The position numbers were made by a program, and so were the translations under genes. A DNA stretch of 64,000 nucleotides from contig JAZRKN010000006.1 in assembly GCA_045646345.1 (NCBI GenBank), forward strand, positions 32,001 through 96,000, read 5' to 3'. Origin of the DNA: Candidatus Scatovivens sp. (GTDB lineage: Bacteria > Bacillota > Clostridia > TANB77 > CAG-508). Every line of letters begins with the position of its first letter. Position 1 is the stretch's first letter. A model generated the notes under the pieces. It was not told the DNA's origin, ran no database searches, and was given only the letters and a program-made list of their open reading frames with translations. This document shows positions 60,039 through 64,000 of the stretch, one piece after another.

Positions 60039-61319
60039 TTACAATAGTCTTTTTGCAATTTTTTTAACTTGACGCATAACTTGTTTCTCATCCAAGTTAA
60101 GCATTTTTCTATTTTGCATTATAACTTTTCCATCAATCATCACAGATTCAACGTCTGCACCATTTGAAGAATACACCAAATTTGCACAAACATCATTTGC
60201 TGGGCACATATGTAATTTATCAGTTTTTATAAATATCATATCCGCTTTCTTACCTGGTTCTAAAGTTCCTATTTCATTTTCCATTCCTAAAACTTTAGCA
60301 CCTTCTATTGTAGCCATTTTTAATATGTCATAAGCTGATATAGAACTTGGTTCCATTGTATTAACTTTTTGAAGGTATGCAGCTGTTTTCATTTCTTCAA
60401 ACATATCCATTGTTGTTGTACTTCCAATACCATCTGTTCCCAATCCTATATTTATACCATTTTTTCTTAATTTTACTACATCACAAATTCCAGAAGAAAG
60501 TTTGCAATTACTGATTGGATTATGAGAAATACCACCTTTAATTTTTTTTAGTATTTCAATATCACTATCTGATACATATATTCCATGTGCTAAAACAACT
60601 GGAACATCGAATACATCCAAATCATTTAAATATTCTGTGCTTCTTTTATCATATCTTGATTTTATTTTTGTTTCTTCATCAAGGGTTTCTGCTAAATGAA
60701 TATGCAATCCTGTATTTAATTCTTTTGCTAAATCAACACATAATTTGATAGTGTCTGGATTGCAAGTATGAGGAGCATCTGCAGAAACATATATCTTGAT
60801 TTTTCCATTTTCATCATTATTATACATTTTTGCATATTCTCTGGTTTGCTCTACTTTATCTTTAATAGAATCATCCTTAATGCACCAAGCAACAACAGCT
60901 CTTAGTCCTGTATCACGTATCGCTTCAACAGTTTTATTCATTCCAAAATACATGTCATTGCAAGTAGTTGTTCCAGATTTTATCATTTCCAAGCAAGAAA
61001 GATAAGAATTCCAATATATATCCTCTGGTTTTAATTTATCTTCTACTGGAAAAATTGCATCTTCAAGCCAATCCATTAACTTTCTATCAGTTTTATAACC
61101 TCTAAAAATACTCATTGCCAAATGAGTATGAGTGTTAATTAGTCCTGGCATTACTAGCATATTCTTAGCATTTATTCTTTCGTCTACTTCTATATTTTTA
61201 TCTATATCTTTATCGATTCTCTCGATTATATTATCTTTTATTAGTATATCTTTTTTATCTATATTAGGAGTTTCTCCTACCATATCTAATACATAAGCAT
61301 TTGTTATAAGTGTTCTCAT
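60039..61319 (-). CDS. mtaD: Amidohydrolase, MTA/SAH deaminase-like
   Basis: PGLINTHTH, DWL...IFPVE, HIHLAET, LAHG, HNPISNCKL, GTDG. Confidence 0.85.
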   Translation of the reverse strand: MRTLITNAYVLDMVGETPNIDKKDILIKDNIIERIDKDIDKNIEVDERINAKNMLVMPGLINTHTHLAMSIFRGYKTDRKLMDWLEDAIFPVEDKLKPEDIYWNSYLSCLEMIKSGTTTCNDMYFGMNKTVEAIRDTGLRAVVAWCIKDDSIKDKVEQTREYAKMYNNDENGKIKIYVSADAPHTCNPDTIKLCVDLAKELNTGLHIHLAETLDEETKIKSRYDKRSTEYLNDLDVFDVPVVLAHGIYVSDSDIEILKKIKGGISHNPISNCKLSSGICDVVKLRKNGINIGLGTDGIGSTTTMDMFEEMKTAAYLQKVNTMEPSSISAYDILKMATIEGAKVLGMENEIGTLEPGKKADMIFIKTDKLHMCPANDVCANLVYSSNGADVESVMIDGKVIMQNRKMLNLDEKQVMRQVKKIAKRLL

Positions 61320-61410
61320 CTATGTTCCCCTCAAAGTTATCATGAATTTATTCTTTTGTTTACATCCTTTTTTCGCGCAAAATGCCCCTATTTTGGCGCA
61401 AAAATTTTAA

Positions 61411-62337
61411 TTAAATATCATCTTGTGTAGTATTTTTCTTGTCGTCTCTTTCCATTTTCTCTAGTTTTCTAAGCTCTTCTAGATCTTCTGCATTTTCAAC
61501 ATCAAGATTATCTTCGTCAACGACAGCATCTTTAATTACTACAACTTCTTTGGCATCATGTTTTTTGAAATAAAAATCTTCGCCATCTTGATATTTAACC
61601 CTTATAACTTCTTTTAAGGTCTCAACAGACGCAACTTCACCTGTTCCTTCTGATGTTTTTACAATTGCTCCTATTTTTGGTAATCTGCTTAATTTTTCTT
61701 CGTAAACTTCTTGTTCATATTTTAAACAGCACATTAATCTGCCACAATTCCCAGAAATTTTAGATGGGTTTAATGAAATATTTTGTTCTTTTGCCATTTT
61801 AATCGATACTGTTTCAAAGTTTCCCAAGAAAGAAACACAGCACAATTCTCTACCGCAAATTCCATTTCCTCCACATCTTTTAACTTCGTCTCTTACTCCA
61901 ATTTGACGAAGTTCAATTCTTGTTCTAAAAACTGCAGCTAAATCTTTTACTAGTTCTCTAAAATCAATTCTTTTATCAGCTGTAAAATAAAAAATTACTT
62001 TAGATCCATCGTATTTATATTCAACATCAATAAGCTTCATTGGTAAACCATGAGCTTCTATTTTTTCTAAACAAATTTTAAATGCTTCTTTTTCTTTTCC
62101 TTTAAATTGTATACGCATTTTTTCATCTTTTTCTGTAGCAATTCTTACAACTTTTTTTAGTGGTTCTGTAACTTCGTTATCTTCAACTTCTTTTCTTGCA
62201 ATTACTACTTCTCCGTATTCTTCTCCCATTGCTGTATCAACAATAACATTCATACCTTTTTCTATTTGTAAATTTTCTGGATCAAAATAATATATTTTTC
62301 CAGGTCTTTTGAATCTAACGCCTGTTACTATTTTCAT
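61411..62337 (-). CDS. yaaT: PSP1 domain protein (YaaT/RicT)
   Basis: GVRFK, IDFRELVKDLA, RIELRQIGVRDE, CGRELCC, CGRLMCCLKYE; follows holB. Confidence 0.93.
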   Translation of the reverse strand: MKIVTGVRFKRPGKIYYFDPENLQIEKGMNVIVDTAMGEEYGEVVIARKEVEDNEVTEPLKKVVRIATEKDEKMRIQFKGKEKEAFKICLEKIEAHGLPMKLIDVEYKYDGSKVIFYFTADKRIDFRELVKDLAAVFRTRIELRQIGVRDEVKRCGGNGICGRELCCVSFLGNFETVSIKMAKEQNISLNPSKISGNCGRLMCCLKYEQEVYEEKLSRLPKIGAIVKTSEGTGEVASVETLKEVIRVKYQDGEDFYFKKHDAKEVVVIKDAVVDEDNLDVENAEDLEELRKLEKMERDDKKNTTQDDI

Positions 62338-63223
62338 TTAATTCCTCCCACATTTTAAAAAGCAAATTATCTACGCACATGTCGAAATTACTATTACTTC
62401 TTAATCTATCTGCACATTCATTAACATATTTTATGCAGTCTATATATTTTTCATTTATATTCATATTAGAATATAAACAAACTGTGATGTAATCTAATAT
62501 ATCATAAATATTTTCTTTATCATATATTATTTTTCCATCTAACATAATTTCTATGATATCTTTTTTCAATAAATTTGAGATAAGTACATCAATTTCATCA
62601 TATTTTTCTTTAGAATCTTTTAATTTTATTGCTTTTCCTATACTGCCATAAAAAGATTTCAAAAGATTTTTGGAAACCTCATCATATCCCAAAACTTCTT
62701 TTGAATATTTTAGAAGTTCTTCGTCTTCAATATTACGAAATTTTAAACTCATGCATCTTGATTTTATTGTATTTAATATTATATTCTCATTTGAAGAGAT
62801 TAATATCATTACAACAAATTCAGGTGGCTCTTCTAATGTTTTTAACAAACAGTTTTGAGCTTCTTTAGTCATTCTATCACAATCATTTATTATATAAACT
62901 TTTTTTCTCGAAACAATTGGTTTTTCTATAACCTTCTCTGTCACTTCTCTCATAGAATCAACTTTTATTGTCTCTCCTTCTTCGTTTATTAAATAAAAGT
63001 CAGGATGATTTAGACCATTAAAACAAGTACAAGATTTACATGTACAATTATCTTCCGAATCTTCTAAGCACAATATTTTCTTTGCAAATTCTTTTGCAAT
63101 TAATAGTTTTCCTATACCATCTGTTCCTAAAAACAAATAGCTATGTAAAATATTTTTTTGTCTAATACTTTTTATTAGATAATCTTTAATTTCTGTATTA
63201 CCAATAATATCTTTAAACTCCAA
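62315..63223 (-). CDS. holB: DNA polymerase III delta' subunit
   Basis: HSYLFLG, C..C Zn motif, HPDF, AQNCLLKTLEEPP, TIKSRC. Confidence 0.93.
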   Translation of the reverse strand: MEFKDIIGNTEIKDYLIKSIRQKNILHSYLFLGTDGIGKLLIAKEFAKKILCLEDSEDNCTCKSCTCFNGLNHPDFYLINEEGETIKVDSMREVTEKVIEKPIVSRKKVYIINDCDRMTKEAQNCLLKTLEEPPEFVVMILISSNENIILNTIKSRCMSLKFRNIEDEELLKYSKEVLGYDEVSKNLLKSFYGSIGKAIKLKDSKEKYDEIDVLISNLLKKDIIEIMLDGKIIYDKENIYDILDYITVCLYSNMNINEKYIDCIKYVNECADRLRSNSNFDMCVDNLLFKMWEELNENSNRR

Positions 63224-63234
63224 TTATTTTACTC

Positions 63235-63864
63235 CTACTCTATATTTCCTATTTGATCAAATGGCCAAAATCTAAAACAAACTATTCCTTCTAATTTTTC
63301 AAATGGTATACAACCAATTGATCTACAATCAGTACTTCTAGTTCTATTATCTCCCATAGCAAAGAAATAACCTTCTGGTACTATAAAATCATAAAACACA
63401 TCTGATTCTGTTACAACGTCATCATCCAAATATTCTTCATTTTGAAGAATACCATTAACATACACGTTGCTATTTTCTATTTTTACATGATCACCTTCAA
63501 GTGCAATTACTCTTTTTATATAACTTTTTTTTGTTACTTCTAAAGAATAATATATAAATCTATTTAATATTCCTTGTGGTTCTCTGCCATAAACCGCAAT
63601 TGGATTTGTTTGGTCAGCATTCCATTTAGTATATTCTCTTGTAGGCGCTTCAAAAGTAACTATATCTCCTATTTCAGGAGTTTTATCTGTAATTCTGTGA
63701 GTTCTGTTTAAAATCAATCTTTGATTTTCTTTTAAAGTCGGAAACATCGATCTTTGTTTTACAATAGTTGGTGTTGCTACAAAATATCTAAATAATAATG
63801 CAAGAACTAATGCAATTATAATACAATATACCCACTCTAAAATATCTTTTACTCTTTCGTTCAT
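63235..63864 (-). CDS. lepB: Signal peptidase I
   Basis: SMFPTL, YIKRVIAL, MGDNR..S.D.R..G. Confidence 0.95.
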   Translation of the reverse strand: MNERVKDILEWVYCIIIALVLALLFRYFVATPTIVKQRSMFPTLKENQRLILNRTHRITDKTPEIGDIVTFEAPTREYTKWNADQTNPIAVYGREPQGILNRFIYYSLEVTKKSYIKRVIALEGDHVKIENSNVYVNGILQNEEYLDDDVVTESDVFYDFIVPEGYFFAMGDNRTRSTDCRSIGCIPFEKLEGIVCFRFWPFDQIGNIE

Positions 63865-64000
63865 TTAAATTGCCTTCTTTCTAAAATTCAAACGAATTAT
63901 ACATTACTTTCGCACTTTTTTCAAGTGTTTAAGCAATTTACAATTTATTTTTTAGTAGTTGGTTTTCTACCTCTTTTTGGTTTTTCTACAATTTCTTCTG

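Noticed and set aside
1371-62868. Many short plus-strand ORFs in the track (e.g. 1371-1607, 13665-14225, 36917-37492, 59788-59979)
   Set aside because: They are antisense shadows of well-supported minus-strand genes, with no SD and low-complexity F/S/L/I composition
1-64000. rRNA, tRNA, IS, integrase, prophage or reverse transcriptase genes
   Set aside because: No matching motifs or cloverleaf-like sequences were seen; small structured RNAs could still be missed without Infernal or tRNAscan

Overview
AT-rich (about 26% GC in a sampled orphan-gene stretch) chromosomal window from a low-GC Clostridia-like bacterium. It resembles reduced-genome uncultured gut Clostridia, but that is an unverified inference. 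Most genes are on the minus strand. The housekeeping backbone is rpsL-rpsG-fusA, trmFO, topA, a partial dcw cluster (mraZ-rsmH-ftsL-spoVD-like PBP-murE-mraY-ftsW-murG), ldh, mscL, ktrAB, rpsU, prs, nrdDG, a second PASTA PBP, ferredoxin, mtaD-like deaminase, yaaT/PSP1, holB and lepB. There is also a surface module: a thioester-domain/DUF11-repeat adhesin, an Ig-like membrane protein, a REC-GGDEF protein and a sortase. I found no rRNA, tRNA, CRISPR array, transposase or integrase. The most unusual observations are: (i) large, highly charged orphan proteins without signal peptides and with acidic/Arg C-terminal tails, inserted into housekeeping gene blocks; (ii) three GC-rich single-gene cassettes, each with its own promoter and terminator, one with a switch-like leader and one encoding a divergent FGE-sulfatase/C-type-lectin-fold protein; (iii) three genes whose Shine-Dalgarno sequence is separated from the AUG by a hairpin; (iv) a 12-copy degenerate repeat array between mraZ and rsmH; (v) a shared MNQIL N-terminus and a non-canonical ISTG sorting signal; (vi) several proteins with altered catalytic motifs. 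All family calls come from motif recognition by eye; no database searches were run.
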